Below, piece after piece: positions 47,501-55,611 of a DNA stretch of 55,611 nucleotides. Within the stretch, counting starts at the first letter, position 1; each line of letters begins with the position of its first letter. Source of the stretch: a virus (lineage: Duplodnaviria; Caudoviricetes); IMG/VR virus record IMGVR_UViG_3300020042_001002, positions 1-55,611 of that record, one strand, 5' to 3'. Below the pieces are notes generated by a model. The model was not told where the DNA came from. It saw only the letters and a program-made list of their open reading frames with translations, and did no database searches. Position numbers and translations under genes: made by a program.

Positions 47501-49631
47501 AAATGCTTTATTCGAGGCTGAGGCTAAACTAAGAGATTTTGATACAAAAGGTGTGACAAAACTTCCCCTAGCTAATGTTAAAGATTCTGCAGAAAATTTA
47601 CTTGATGGTGTACTTGGGTATGCTCAACATACAGGTGTTGATAAAGTATTTATCCCGTCCATAGAACAACTTGCTTCTACTAGATTTGTTCCGGGAACCC
47701 TTGAGTTTTTTGATGCTGTTAATCCGGGGTCTTACTTTTATAACACTTACTCACAGGGTCTTGATAAAGCTGTTGGTGAGTTATCCTCAAAAACTGGTGC
47801 AGAAGTTACAGACAGTATCCGTAATAGTATTAAAGCTACCAGATATAAAACTCTTCCAAAAGATATCGGACAACTTTTTGTTAGAGATATGCAAGTAGGT
47901 TTAGAGTATAGACAATTTTTAAATAAAAAAATCACAGAGGCTGAGTTTCTTAAGAGGACTGGGCTTTCAAAAGAAGATGGAGATAAGTTTTTCTCTAACT
48001 ACAGCAAAGACCTATTTAAAGCAAGTAAAGCTAAAAATGATAAAGAGTGGTATAAAGCCTTCAGAAAGAGTTCTTTTAATGATGCTTTATATAACTATGG
48101 GATAGTAAAAGAACTAGATAATATCGGTACACAGATTGATATTGGTGATGCCAAACAACGATTTGACTTTACTAAACCCAGATATGCTACTGGGGGTCTA
48201 GTAGGTTACGCTCAAGGTGGAACAGTAGAGGATGAACAAATGAATAGACTAATGGAAGAGGGTGGCATGGCTGATGCTGGTGTCGCTCAGGAGCCTGTGA
48301 CAGGTAATGAAGTTCCTCCGGGTGCCTTGCCTTCTGAAGTGCGTGATGATGTACCTGTACAACTCTCTGAGGGTGAGTATGTTGTACCTGCTGATGTACT
48401 GCGGTTCTTCGGTGTGCGCTTCTTTGAAGACCTGCGTAATCAAGCTAAACAGGGTATGGCAGAGATGCAATCTAATGGTCGCATTGGTGGTGCTAGTGTT
48501 GACTCTAATGGCGTCCCTGCACAGGATGATGATGAACTGACCCCAGAAGAAGAGCAGATGCTTCAGGCTGCTATGGGTGGTCAGGAAGCTCCTACTGGAA
48601 TGGCTGAGGGTGGTGTTGTCCCCTTTGACCGCAGCAAGTTTACTCTAAGTAATAACACTTCTGAAAGAGAAACTCGTAAGTATATTGATCCAAAGACTGG
48701 CATTACTCAGATGTTCCAATTCTTTATGGGTTCACCTGTAACTCCTATCCCTACTAACTTTGTACCTTGGACACAGGAACTTCAAGATGCTGCTGCCAAG
48801 CCAGTTACCCCAACAATCGAACAACCTAAAGTAGCTCGTAATGACAGGGATAGAGATAGCGTAGACATTATGAAGGACGCTAAGGATAGTGGGGGTGATT
48901 CTGTTTTAAGTTACAAAAATTGGGCAGAAGAAAACTACGATGCTATTCAGAATGACCCCTATCAGTTTGGTATTGATGCACTGACAGATAAAAAAGGTGT
49001 TAATAAGGGTAAGACTGCTGCTGGTGTTGGTTTGTTGACAGGTCTTGCACCTGTTGCTATTGCAGGTCTAGGCTTTAGTTCAGCAGCTAAAATACAGAAC
49101 ATTGCAGAGGCTAATGCTGCACTAGAGGTTATGAAGGCTAAAGGTCTTACTGGTACCGCCAACTACGCTAACTTGCAGAAACTTACTACTGCCGCAACCA
49201 ATGATCTTCCCGGATTACAACAACTCTTTGTAGAAAATCATCTTGCAGGTTCAGGTAAGAAGTACGGCACTAGTCTTGATGCTGTAAAAGCTGCAAGAGC
49301 GGGCACTACTACTCAAGCCTCTTCAATAATCCCTGTGAGCGATGTCCCTAAAGCATCTGCTGTGAGTGCGGCTACCCGTGAAAGAGTTAACTCTAGTGGC
49401 GTAGAAAAGCTTACTCCAGTGACAGATAGAGATCGTCAAGGAACTCCTGCCCTTATCCAACGACCTACTGCAGCCCCTGTTACAACCAGAATTACACCCA
49501 CTACACAGCAGGAAAACGAAAAGAAAAAAGAAACTGCTAAAGTTACCAGTACCCTTGAGAAAACAAAATCAGGCCTTAAGGTTGGTGGCTTCAAAGATGG
49601 TGGCTTGATTACACGACCGACTAAAAAATAA
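44544..49631 (+). CDS. Large polyvalent virion-associated protein (LPD23-like region, zincin HExxH, E.QSD domain, GEYVVPAD domain)
   Basis: IWEDTG..PDGRPIFQI, LLHELQHGIQ..E, GEIEAR, VVAHTR..HEFQSD, LSEGEYVVPADV. Confidence 0.7.
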   Translation: MNVNDQTFAAFSLANQDRKKSLLQYVSEGATNADLEAAGYTPAEVAAAFPPVKELTRSKEFDRDRQAGANPDTLQEVKPSFLQRVGDSLFTPPSIDGTYYDPKGLPIGAMPDTDRIWGMDDEGNPVRVTATGDRYIIPKLTPRDEKKRSLDEKVDIFKGKVAPIYEAIKENPLGVAKDVGLGVAKSVWNTIGAFNNPNPTIGDAMDVAGLVSLPSAPGLFTKFDPNVLRMFAGPEAKNFPHLMEAEASVRRKAGEDPQKIWEDTGIQFLPDGRPIFQIDPAGAKILDFNFFNQAIPKLSAEDVANGGDGQFRQRLTDLVDFPEFFENYPQLKDFNLVFDPNIAADGQMDISRKTVKLSIDFVENATEQKLKETLLHELQHGIQAAERTSGGAASSYFFGRQKQWNSTTQQWERTGPYVTGAPDMEPDVQNYQMLLDDYMDSRSNYEKNPGSTQAESDVKHAELERKRGILVEDAKRLNTWAFRKYQENPGEIEARAAGLWSQLTPEERLKTPPLEIYNKAATMHEPFVSKLGETPTYGDNYMPTTRFPASQEEALSRLDPNAEMTPAQSVDQTVAALGEVPVKKTSQRFIEGTPEKKPITYVTSEENIVRQEDFLNSTLKDQDFGVDSSNEIVQNSNLGDVSTKDFSKFISEIIYSPNSIKDSSDFMKNNNIVFSDDVLKSIGYVDNSGNTTPAEAMSDIANHFYHTYQHSNFRDFLYSHKIEGIPDNLRSKLEKPFNTTYRNPINEVIDEITFPKNGLKGSEFIKFLDKNPSVKSAQYNTIDLGIDKNKSYTKEQLLSAIDPYTWETKIEVLPSPQYENMQVQNFNEHGYTSNKKVADYKELVLRVNRKNPDLPTFTLPEEIKKAYGSYHYSDDVVAHTRLSTETQIGTNTKEIVVHEFQSDYLQRGAAKASPAVDITEAKSKLLSNILSSIPKGTDTPEVKFAVEKSFEELLANGGYFSSDVGRNLNSALKNAGISIDDRIPVTNALFEAEAKLRDFDTKGVTKLPLANVKDSAENLLDGVLGYAQHTGVDKVFIPSIEQLASTRFVPGTLEFFDAVNPGSYFYNTYSQGLDKAVGELSSKTGAEVTDSIRNSIKATRYKTLPKDIGQLFVRDMQVGLEYRQFLNKKITEAEFLKRTGLSKEDGDKFFSNYSKDLFKASKAKNDKEWYKAFRKSSFNDALYNYGIVKELDNIGTQIDIGDAKQRFDFTKPRYATGGLVGYAQGGTVEDEQMNRLMEEGGMADAGVAQEPVTGNEVPPGALPSEVRDDVPVQLSEGEYVVPADVLRFFGVRFFEDLRNQAKQGMAEMQSNGRIGGASVDSNGVPAQDDDELTPEEEQMLQAAMGGQEAPTGMAEGGVVPFDRSKFTLSNNTSERETRKYIDPKTGITQMFQFFMGSPVTPIPTNFVPWTQELQDAAAKPVTPTIEQPKVARNDRDRDSVDIMKDAKDSGGDSVLSYKNWAEENYDAIQNDPYQFGIDALTDKKGVNKGKTAAGVGLLTGLAPVAIAGLGFSSAAKIQNIAEANAALEVMKAKGLTGTANYANLQKLTTAATNDLPGLQQLFVENHLAGSGKKYGTSLDAVKAARAGTTTQASSIIPVSDVPKASAVSAATRERVNSSGVEKLTPVTDRDRQGTPALIQRPTAAPVTTRITPTTQQENEKKKETAKVTSTLEKTKSGLKVGGFKDGGLITRPTKK

Positions 49632-49634
49632 TAA

Positions 49635-49658
49635 GGCAACTCAGCTAAGGCTGACCCC
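49635..49658 (+). promoter_or_regulatory. Structured leader element before the scaffold gene
   Basis: GG-CAAC-TCAGC-TAAG-GCTGA-CC-CC hairpin just upstream of the RBS. Confidence 0.55.
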
Positions 49659-49675
49659 AACATAAAGGATAAACT

Positions 49676-50524
49676 ATGTCTAACGTAAAGCAAGTCTTTG
49701 TGGACCCTACCTACTCTAATCGTAGAGGTAAGCAACGGATTGAAGAGAGTGAGCGAGAGCTTGAGGAGTTGATGAAGGGTAACAGTCCTGAAGAGGAAGA
49801 AAAACCTGCAGTTGCTCCTGTTATTGAAGAAGAACCAACTGACCCTGAAGAGAAGTCTTTCAAGAAGCGTTATGGTGATCTCCGCCGTCATATGTCTGAG
49901 AAAGAAAAAGATTGGGAAGAGAAGTTCAAAGCCCTTGAATCAAACCCTACAACCCGACAAGTTCTACCCCCTAAGTCCGATGAAGATATTGCCGCTTGGG
50001 CTAGACAGTACCCTGACATTGCTTCTATCGTAGAGACTATTGCTACAAAGAAAGCAGATGAGAAACTTTCTAAATACAAAAACCAGTTTGAAGAGTATGA
50101 GAAAGTTACCTCTGATACTATGAGACAGAAGGCACACAATCTTATCCGCGAGTCTCACTCTGACTTTGATGAACTACGTAAGTCTGATACCTTCCATAAC
50201 TGGGTGGATGAACAACCTAAGTGGATTCAAGATTCTCTCTATGAAAACGAGGATGATGCTAAAGCAGTGGTTCGTATCCTTGATCTGTATAAAGTAGACA
50301 AGGGTATTAATCCAACTGCAAAGAAGGCAAAGACTAAAGAAGCTGCTGCTATGGTATCTCCTCGCCAGAAAGCACAAGTAGACTTTGCTGAAGATGGTGC
50401 AAAGATTTACGAATCTCAAGTTGCTAAAATGTCTATGGATATGTACGGCAAGAATGAGACAAAGATCATGGAGGCTATTCGCAAAGGTAATTTTGTGTAT
50501 GATGTCTCCGGTGGTGCAAGATAA
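49676..50524 (+). CDS. Capsid scaffolding protein
   Basis: Acidic coiled coil, FKKRYGDLRRH, C-terminal IMEAIRKG; directly before the capsid gene. Confidence 0.75.
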   Translation: MSNVKQVFVDPTYSNRRGKQRIEESERELEELMKGNSPEEEEKPAVAPVIEEEPTDPEEKSFKKRYGDLRRHMSEKEKDWEEKFKALESNPTTRQVLPPKSDEDIAAWARQYPDIASIVETIATKKADEKLSKYKNQFEEYEKVTSDTMRQKAHNLIRESHSDFDELRKSDTFHNWVDEQPKWIQDSLYENEDDAKAVVRILDLYKVDKGINPTAKKAKTKEAAAMVSPRQKAQVDFAEDGAKIYESQVAKMSMDMYGKNETKIMEAIRKGNFVYDVSGGAR

Positions 50525-50527
50525 CAC

Positions 50528-50558
50528 TTGACAACTAAAGACAATTCGATATAACTAC
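50528..50558 (+). promoter_or_regulatory. Putative capsid promoter
   Basis: TTGACA-N16-TATAACTAC. Confidence 0.6.
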
Positions 50559-50561
50559 AGG

Positions 50562-50726
50562 CAAGTAGCTACGGCCTCCACTAACCGGACACCCCTAGTT
50601 ACTTGTTTTTCCCAAAAATTAAAAGTCTAAACGATCATTAAGACAAACCTGACTAAGTACAGGCCCGTCTCCCAGTAGGTTGGCAAACCGAACATGAGAT
50701 GCACCCTAGAAATCGTGAGCCTCTTA
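50562..50726 (+). ncRNA. Candidate structured cis-regulatory RNA in the capsid leader
   Basis: Two stems, each with GG-CC / CAC-CC internal loop; the first is followed by a U tract. Confidence 0.5.
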
Positions 50727-50773
50727 TACGTGTGTTTAGCTTCTCAGAGCCAAATATCATAGGAGTATTTCTC

Positions 50774-51847
50774 ATGGCTTTTCAATCCGCTGCTGGTCAT
50801 AGCAGCCTTCCCAATGGCAACTTTTCTTCGGTAATCTATTCCAAGAAAGTCCAACTCGCTTTCCGTAAGTCTACCGTTTGTGGTGACATCACGAACTCTG
50901 ACTACTTTGGTGAAATTTCTTCTCAAGGCGATACCGTTCGTATCATCAAAGAGCCTGAAATTTCGGTGTCGGCTTATGCCCGTGGCACCCAAGTCCAAGC
51001 ACAAGACCTGCAGGACGCTGACTTCTCGTTGGTAATCGACAAGGCTAACTACTTTGCCTTCAAGATTGACGACATTGAAGAGGCTCACTCGCACGTGAAC
51101 TTCATGGACCTCGCTACCAATCGTGCTGCCTACCGTTTGGCTGACCAGCATGACCAAGAAGTTCTGGGCTACCTGTCGGGCTACAAGCAATCAGCTCTCC
51201 ATGCTAACGCTGGTGCAGTGAACGATCAAGTCAATGGTATTAGAGCCGTCTCCACTGCTGGCTCGGACGAACTGTTGTCCTCGATGAAGTTGATCAAAAG
51301 CTCGTTTGGTAACATCACCACTGCTTCGGCTGCTGACCACTCGATCCCAGTTGCTGCTCGTCTTCCGGGTGCTACTGCTCTGCCGACTACTCACGTTTCG
51401 CCTGTCATGCTGATCAACCGCATGGCTCGTCTTTTGGACCAACAGAACGTAGACAAAGCTAACCGCTGGTTGGTTATTGACTCCGTGATGATGGAAGTTC
51501 TAATGGACGAAGACTCGCGCTTCCTGAATGCTGACTATGGTGATTCGGGCGCATTGCGTAACGGTCTGGTTCTGTCGAACTGGAATGGTTTCCGTGTGTA
51601 TAGCTCGAACAACCTGCCTTCGGTTGGTACGGGTGCGGGTACTGTCGGTACTGCTAACCAGAACGCTAACTACGGTGTGATCGTTGCTGGTCATGATTCG
51701 GCTGTCGCTACTGCTGAACAGATCAACAAGACCGAAACCTACCGTGACCCGGACTCGTTTGCTGATATCATCCGTGGTATGCACCTGTATGGTCGCAAGA
51801 TTCTGCGTCCTGAGGCTCTTGTTACGGCTAAGTACAACCTTGCCTAA
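50774..51847 (+). CDS. Major capsid protein
   Basis: AGGAG RBS; GDTVRIIKEP, RDPDSFADIIRGMHLYGRKILRPEAL; biased codon use. Confidence 0.9.
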   Translation: MAFQSAAGHSSLPNGNFSSVIYSKKVQLAFRKSTVCGDITNSDYFGEISSQGDTVRIIKEPEISVSAYARGTQVQAQDLQDADFSLVIDKANYFAFKIDDIEEAHSHVNFMDLATNRAAYRLADQHDQEVLGYLSGYKQSALHANAGAVNDQVNGIRAVSTAGSDELLSSMKLIKSSFGNITTASAADHSIPVAARLPGATALPTTHVSPVMLINRMARLLDQQNVDKANRWLVIDSVMMEVLMDEDSRFLNADYGDSGALRNGLVLSNWNGFRVYSSNNLPSVGTGAGTVGTANQNANYGVIVAGHDSAVATAEQINKTETYRDPDSFADIIRGMHLYGRKILRPEALVTAKYNLA

Positions 51848-51858
51848 TAGGCTACACT

Positions 51859-51883
51859 AGGGTATCCCTTCGGGGGTACCTTT
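51859..51883 (+). terminator. Rho-independent terminator
   Basis: AGGGTATCCC-TTCG-GGGGTACCTTT. Confidence 0.8.
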
Positions 51884-51915
51884 AACTGCCATACAACCTA
51901 GGAAAGGATTTTACT

Positions 51916-52323
51916 ATGGCTCTTTCGCAATCCCTCCGCAACCGTGCTGTGGTTGTTGAGAAGTTTATCACGCTGGCTGCTACTGCTGGCACTAACGTGG
52001 GTGTTTCGGTTCCCGCTGGTACTTTGGTTCTGGCTGCTGGTATTGAAATCCTGTCGGCTGTTCCTGATGTTTCGGTTTATACCGCTGACGTTACGGATGG
52101 TACGACTGTGTTCGCTAACGATGTGTCTCTGGATGCTGCTACTATCAACACGATCCGTGCTGGTACTACTGCTGGCTTCATCGCTGCTGCTGACACCATT
52201 GACGTTGTGACCACCATCACGGGTTCTCCGGGCACTATCCCCGTCCGTGTATGGGCTGTTGTCATTGACGTTAATGACTGCGTCCTCCCTGCTGCAGAAG
52301 TTGACCGCGACACTCTGGCTTAA
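51916..52323 (+). CDS. Putative capsid decoration / minor structural protein
   Basis: Follows the capsid gene, same codon bias, beta-rich. Confidence 0.55.
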   Translation: MALSQSLRNRAVVVEKFITLAATAGTNVGVSVPAGTLVLAAGIEILSAVPDVSVYTADVTDGTTVFANDVSLDAATINTIRAGTTAGFIAAADTIDVVTTITGSPGTIPVRVWAVVIDVNDCVLPAAEVDRDTLA

Positions 52324-52334
52324 TGAACTAACCT

Positions 52335-52363
52335 AGGGTATCCCTTCATTGGGGTACCCTTTT
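52335..52363 (+). terminator. Rho-independent terminator
   Basis: AGGGTATCCC-TTCATT-GGGGTACCCT-TTT. Confidence 0.8.
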
Positions 52364-52383
52364 AACCCTTAAAGGACAAACCT

Positions 52384-52767
52384 ATGGCATCTCTCAATGA
52401 CCGGGTATTTGACAACGGTTTGACCGTTCTTGATACTGAAGCTAATAAAATTCTTATTACCTCTGCGATTGCTACTACCTACACTGAAGCTAACGCAACC
52501 TATGCTTTGGGTAACTCTACTACACTCTCTATTGGTGCCCCTGCAGACCGTTCTGGTGGTGGGCGTCAGGTTACTATTGCAGCCATTACTGATGGTTCTG
52601 TGACTGCTACTGGCACTGCTACGCACTATGCTATTGTGGATACATCCGCAACTTATGGTGGGCCTCGTCTACTAGCTGCTGGTGCTTTGACTGCATCTCA
52701 GGCTGTGACTAGTGGTAACACTTTTACCCTGACCTCGACCACTATTGGTATCCCGGACCCGGTGTAA
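52384..52767 (+). CDS. Putative virion structural protein
   Basis: TGTATHYAI..V.SGNTFTL pattern. Confidence 0.6.
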   Translation: MASLNDRVFDNGLTVLDTEANKILITSAIATTYTEANATYALGNSTTLSIGAPADRSGGGRQVTIAAITDGSVTATGTATHYAIVDTSATYGGPRLLAAGALTASQAVTSGNTFTLTSTTIGIPDPV

Positions 52768-52771
52768 ATAA

Positions 52772-54019
52772 ATGGTAACGCTTGTTAATCGCGCAAAGAT
52801 GACTACAGCCACAACTGGCACAGGCACTATTACGCTTGGGTCTGCATCATCTGGCTATCAAAGTTTTGCTGCGGCGGGCGTTGCTGATGGAAACATAGTT
52901 AGATACGTAATTGAGGAAGGTACTGCGTGGGAAATTGGTATTGGTACTTATACCTCTGCTGGCACAACCCTATCGCGGACCCTTACTCAAGCAAGCACTG
53001 GTTCTTTACTCTCACTTGCTGGAGTTGCAACTGTCTTTGTTACTGCTGCTGCATCTGACCTTGCTACAATTACTGGCTATACTGGTGCCTTACAACTCCC
53101 CGTTGGTACTACTGCGGAGCGACCTACTGCGGCGGCGGGATTACTTCGTTATACTACAACACTTGCTGGACTTGAGTTTTATAATGCTACCAATTCTGCT
53201 TGGCAAGTTTTAGCTTCTGGAAGTACCTTTATCAACCCAACTACAACAACTGGTCAAGTAGCTTATACGTCCTCTGGTACGTTTTCTTTTACCGCCCCCG
53301 CTGGGGTTTACTACGTCAACGTACTTGCTATTGGTGGTGGTGGTAGGGGTAACAACAGTACTACTGGTGGTTCTGGTGGAGGCGGCGGTGGCCTAGGCTG
53401 GATAAATAACTATGCTGTTACTCCGGGCACGGCTTACACTGTGACAGTTGGCGAGGGCGGCGCGAGTTCTACTAACCCTGGTGGAAATAGTTTCTTCGTC
53501 AGCACTGCAACAGTCTGTGGTTTTGGTGGGGGTGTTGGCGTTAGTGGTTCTACGGCAAATGGTGGCTCTGGTGGTTCTTTTTTCCCTTCTGGTCAGGGTG
53601 GAATGGGCGGCGCGGGTGGAAATTCTATTGGTAATCTTAACGGTGGCGGTGGCGGTGGCGGTGGTTACTCTGGAAATGGTGGAGCTGGGGGCAACGGTAA
53701 TACTGCAGGATCGGCTGGAACAGGTGGCGGTGGCGGTGGAGGCGGTGGTGGGAATACCGCAGACAGTTCCAATGGTGGTGGTGGAACAGGGTTGCTTGGA
53801 CAAGGCACTTCAGGAGCTGGCGGCGGAATAGCTTCGGTGGGTTCAGGTGGTTCAGGTGGTGCGGCAGGGACTAGTAAGACTGGCGGCGCTTATGGGGCTG
53901 GCGGGGCGGGGGGAGACACTTCTTTTACTCTCAACTTCGGAAATGGTGGTGTTGGCGCTGTTCGCATCATCTACGGTTCTGGTCGTGCGTTCCCATCTAC
54001 TAATACGGGAGACCTATGA
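52772..54019 (+). CDS. Fibre/spike protein with glycine-rich domain
   Basis: [18 protein letters not shown]-terminus, [22 protein letters not shown] Gly-rich domain. Confidence 0.7.
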   Translation: MVTLVNRAKMTTATTGTGTITLGSASSGYQSFAAAGVADGNIVRYVIEEGTAWEIGIGTYTSAGTTLSRTLTQASTGSLLSLAGVATVFVTAAASDLATITGYTGALQLPVGTTAERPTAAAGLLRYTTTLAGLEFYNATNSAWQVLASGSTFINPTTTTGQVAYTSSGTFSFTAPAGVYYVNVLAIGGGGRGNNSTTGGSGGGGGGLGWINNYAVTPGTAYTVTVGEGGASSTNPGGNSFFVSTATVCGFGGGVGVSGSTANGGSGGSFFPSGQGGMGGAGGNSIGNLNGGGGGGGGYSGNGGAGGNGNTAGSAGTGGGGGGGGGGNTADSSNGGGGTGLLGQGTSGAGGGIASVGSGGSGGAAGTSKTGGAYGAGGAGGDTSFTLNFGNGGVGAVRIIYGSGRAFPSTNTGDL

Positions 54020-54393
54020 TGAGCAGCTTGTATAGCTACAAAGGGGCTTATCCCTATCCTTTACCAACAGATATGTCAAAATACAACTTGGCTGACTTTC
54101 AGTTGGCTGAAGAAAAACCTACATTCACCCCCGACCAAGTACTTGATTGGGATGGCTTCTCTTGGGTTGTTCGATATGCTAACGAAGCAGAAATTCAAAT
54201 TCAATGGGCTGCTATACGAACCCAAAGAAACACACTTTTGTCAGCGTCTGACATTTACATTATTAGAGCCTATGAGATCAATGAACCTGTACCGCAGGAG
54301 ACTGTAGACTACCGTCAGGCTTTGCGTGATGTCTCTAAACAATCTAGTCCTTTTACTATTGTATGGCCGACCGCACCTACAAAACCCTTTTGA
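54016..54393 (+). CDS. Tail fibre assembly chaperone
   Basis: [20 protein letters not shown]. Confidence 0.8.
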   Translation: MMSSLYSYKGAYPYPLPTDMSKYNLADFQLAEEKPTFTPDQVLDWDGFSWVVRYANEAEIQIQWAAIRTQRNTLLSASDIYIIRAYEINEPVPQETVDYRQALRDVSKQSSPFTIVWPTAPTKPF

Positions 54394-54404
54394 GGTAGTT
54401 TAGT

Positions 54405-55611
54405 ATGCTTGGTTTTAATCCCCTAGCTTCTACCCCGCTGGGGAGCCTTCCTGCTACTGATAGTGGTCCTCCTGCTGCAATACCTATTATAACTGGTGCG
54501 CCTGTTGTTGGTAGTGCAACTCTTACCCAAAATTTTAGTTTAACTGCGGTAAATATTGCAACAGGATCACCTGTTGTTGGAACCTCTACCTTAGGTTTCA
54601 CTACTCCACTTTCTGCATCCGCCATTACCACTGGTACCCCAGAAGTCAATGCAACTACGCTTATTCAAACTTATGTTGTTGTTCTAACCTCTGGCACATC
54701 TTTTACTGTCCCCGCTAATTGGAATAATGCTGACAATAGTATTGAAGTTATTGGTGCTGGTGGCTCTGGTGCTGCTTCTCGCAATTCGGGTGTCAGATAT
54801 GCTACAGGTGGTGGTGCTGGTGGCTATTCAAAAGTTACAAACCAAACTTTAACTGGTGTAGTCCCATATCAAATAGGTACGGCTGGTGTATCTGTTGTTA
54901 GATCAGCTATTGGAAACACAAACGGGAACGCAGGTACTGCAACATTTTTTGGAAATGCACTCCAAACACTCTCACTAGTTGCTGCAAATGGCGGTGGCGG
55001 GGGTATTGCTGCACAATCAGGGACGGCTGCTGGTGGTATCGGGGCATCACTCACAGGTGCTATTGGAAGTACAAAGTACACTGGTGGTAGTGGTGGTGCG
55101 CAAACCACATCTAGTGCAGTCATTGCATTTTCCAGTGGTGGTGGCGGTGCTGGTGGGCCGCAAGGTGCTGGCAACAACGGTGTCAGTGGTAACACTGATA
55201 GTGGTACTAATGGTGGCTCTGGTGGTGCAGGGTTTGGCGGTATTGCTGGGACTGGTAGGAACTCATCCACCGGGGGTTCAAACGGGGGTAACGGGGCTGA
55301 TATTCTTTCTGCTTATGGAAGTGGTGGCGGAGGTGGTGGCCATAGAACGGTTGATGGTTCTGGAACTTATGTAGGTTTCTCAGGCGGGAACTACGGTGGC
55401 GGTGGCGGTGGTATAACCATAACTGGTGGTACTATCACATCTGGTGCTGGTGCTGGTGGCCTAATTGTTATCCGTTATGTTCCTGCAGTAACTTCAACAG
55501 CCCTAACTGCGTCTAGTATTACCACTGGTACACCTGTTGTTGACAGTGCAACTCTTAGCCAGAATCATGTTATCTCTGCAACAGAAATAACTACAGGCTC
55601 TCCTGTCGTTG
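54405..55611 (+). CDS. 5' part of the junction-spanning fibre protein (continues at 122-1449)
   Basis: MLGFNPLASTPLG start, LTSGTSFTVP Gly-rich domain, no stop before the window end. Confidence 0.8.
   Translation, partial: MLGFNPLASTPLGSLPATDSGPPAAIPIITGAPVVGSATLTQNFSLTAVNIATGSPVVGTSTLGFTTPLSASAITTGTPEVNATTLIQTYVVVLTSGTSFTVPANWNNADNSIEVIGAGGSGAASRNSGVRYATGGGAGGYSKVTNQTLTGVVPYQIGTAGVSVVRSAIGNTNGNAGTATFFGNALQTLSLVAANGGGGGIAAQSGTAAGGIGASLTGAIGSTKYTGGSGGAQTTSSAVIAFSSGGGGAGGPQGAGNNGVSGNTDSGTNGGSGGAGFGGIAGTGRNSSTGGSNGGNGADILSAYGSGGGGGGHRTVDGSGTYVGFSGGNYGGGGGGITITGGTITSGAGAGGLIVIRYVPAVTSTALTASSITTGTPVVDSATLSQNHVISATEITTGSPVV

Noticed and set aside
50699-50773. N-terminal extension of the capsid protein from ATG 50699
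   Set aside because: AGGAG precedes ATG 50774; the upstream segment is part of the structured leader.
55491-55611. 121-bp end repeat as a biological direct terminal repeat
   Set aside because: It lies in frame in the middle of a structural gene, so it is best explained as a circular-assembly overlap.

Overview
This looks like a complete phage genome assembled as a circle. Bases 55491-55611 repeat 1-121, giving a 55,490-bp unit. It is podovirus-like, has no RNA polymerase, and is organised in two divergent arms. The + arm (37.2 kb to end, then 1-15.85 kb) holds lysis genes, terminase, portal, a 1695-aa polyvalent protein, scaffold, major capsid, tail and fibre genes, internal virion proteins and small basic proteins. 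The - arm (36.3 to 15.87 kb) holds small early genes, tRNA-Arg(UCU), rIIA/rIIB, a tyrosine recombinase, ThyX, primase-helicase, HNH, PolA, SSB, nucleases, class II RNR and PhoH. From recall rather than a search, the gene content resembles HMO-2011-like or Zobellviridae-like phages of Alphaproteobacteria. The main unexplained signals are: (1) six co-oriented copies of a GTAG-flanked hairpin TGTCGGA-N3-TCCGACA that divide the early region into gene cassettes, plus a collapsed copy in front of the tyrosine recombinase; (2) a recurrent CC x CAC internal-loop RNA motif in the scaffold and capsid leaders; (3) two promoter-driven AT-rich palindrome loci sharing a 14-mer; (4) short peptide tags shared by unrelated virion proteins. 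All product calls come from visual motif recognition; no database searches were run.
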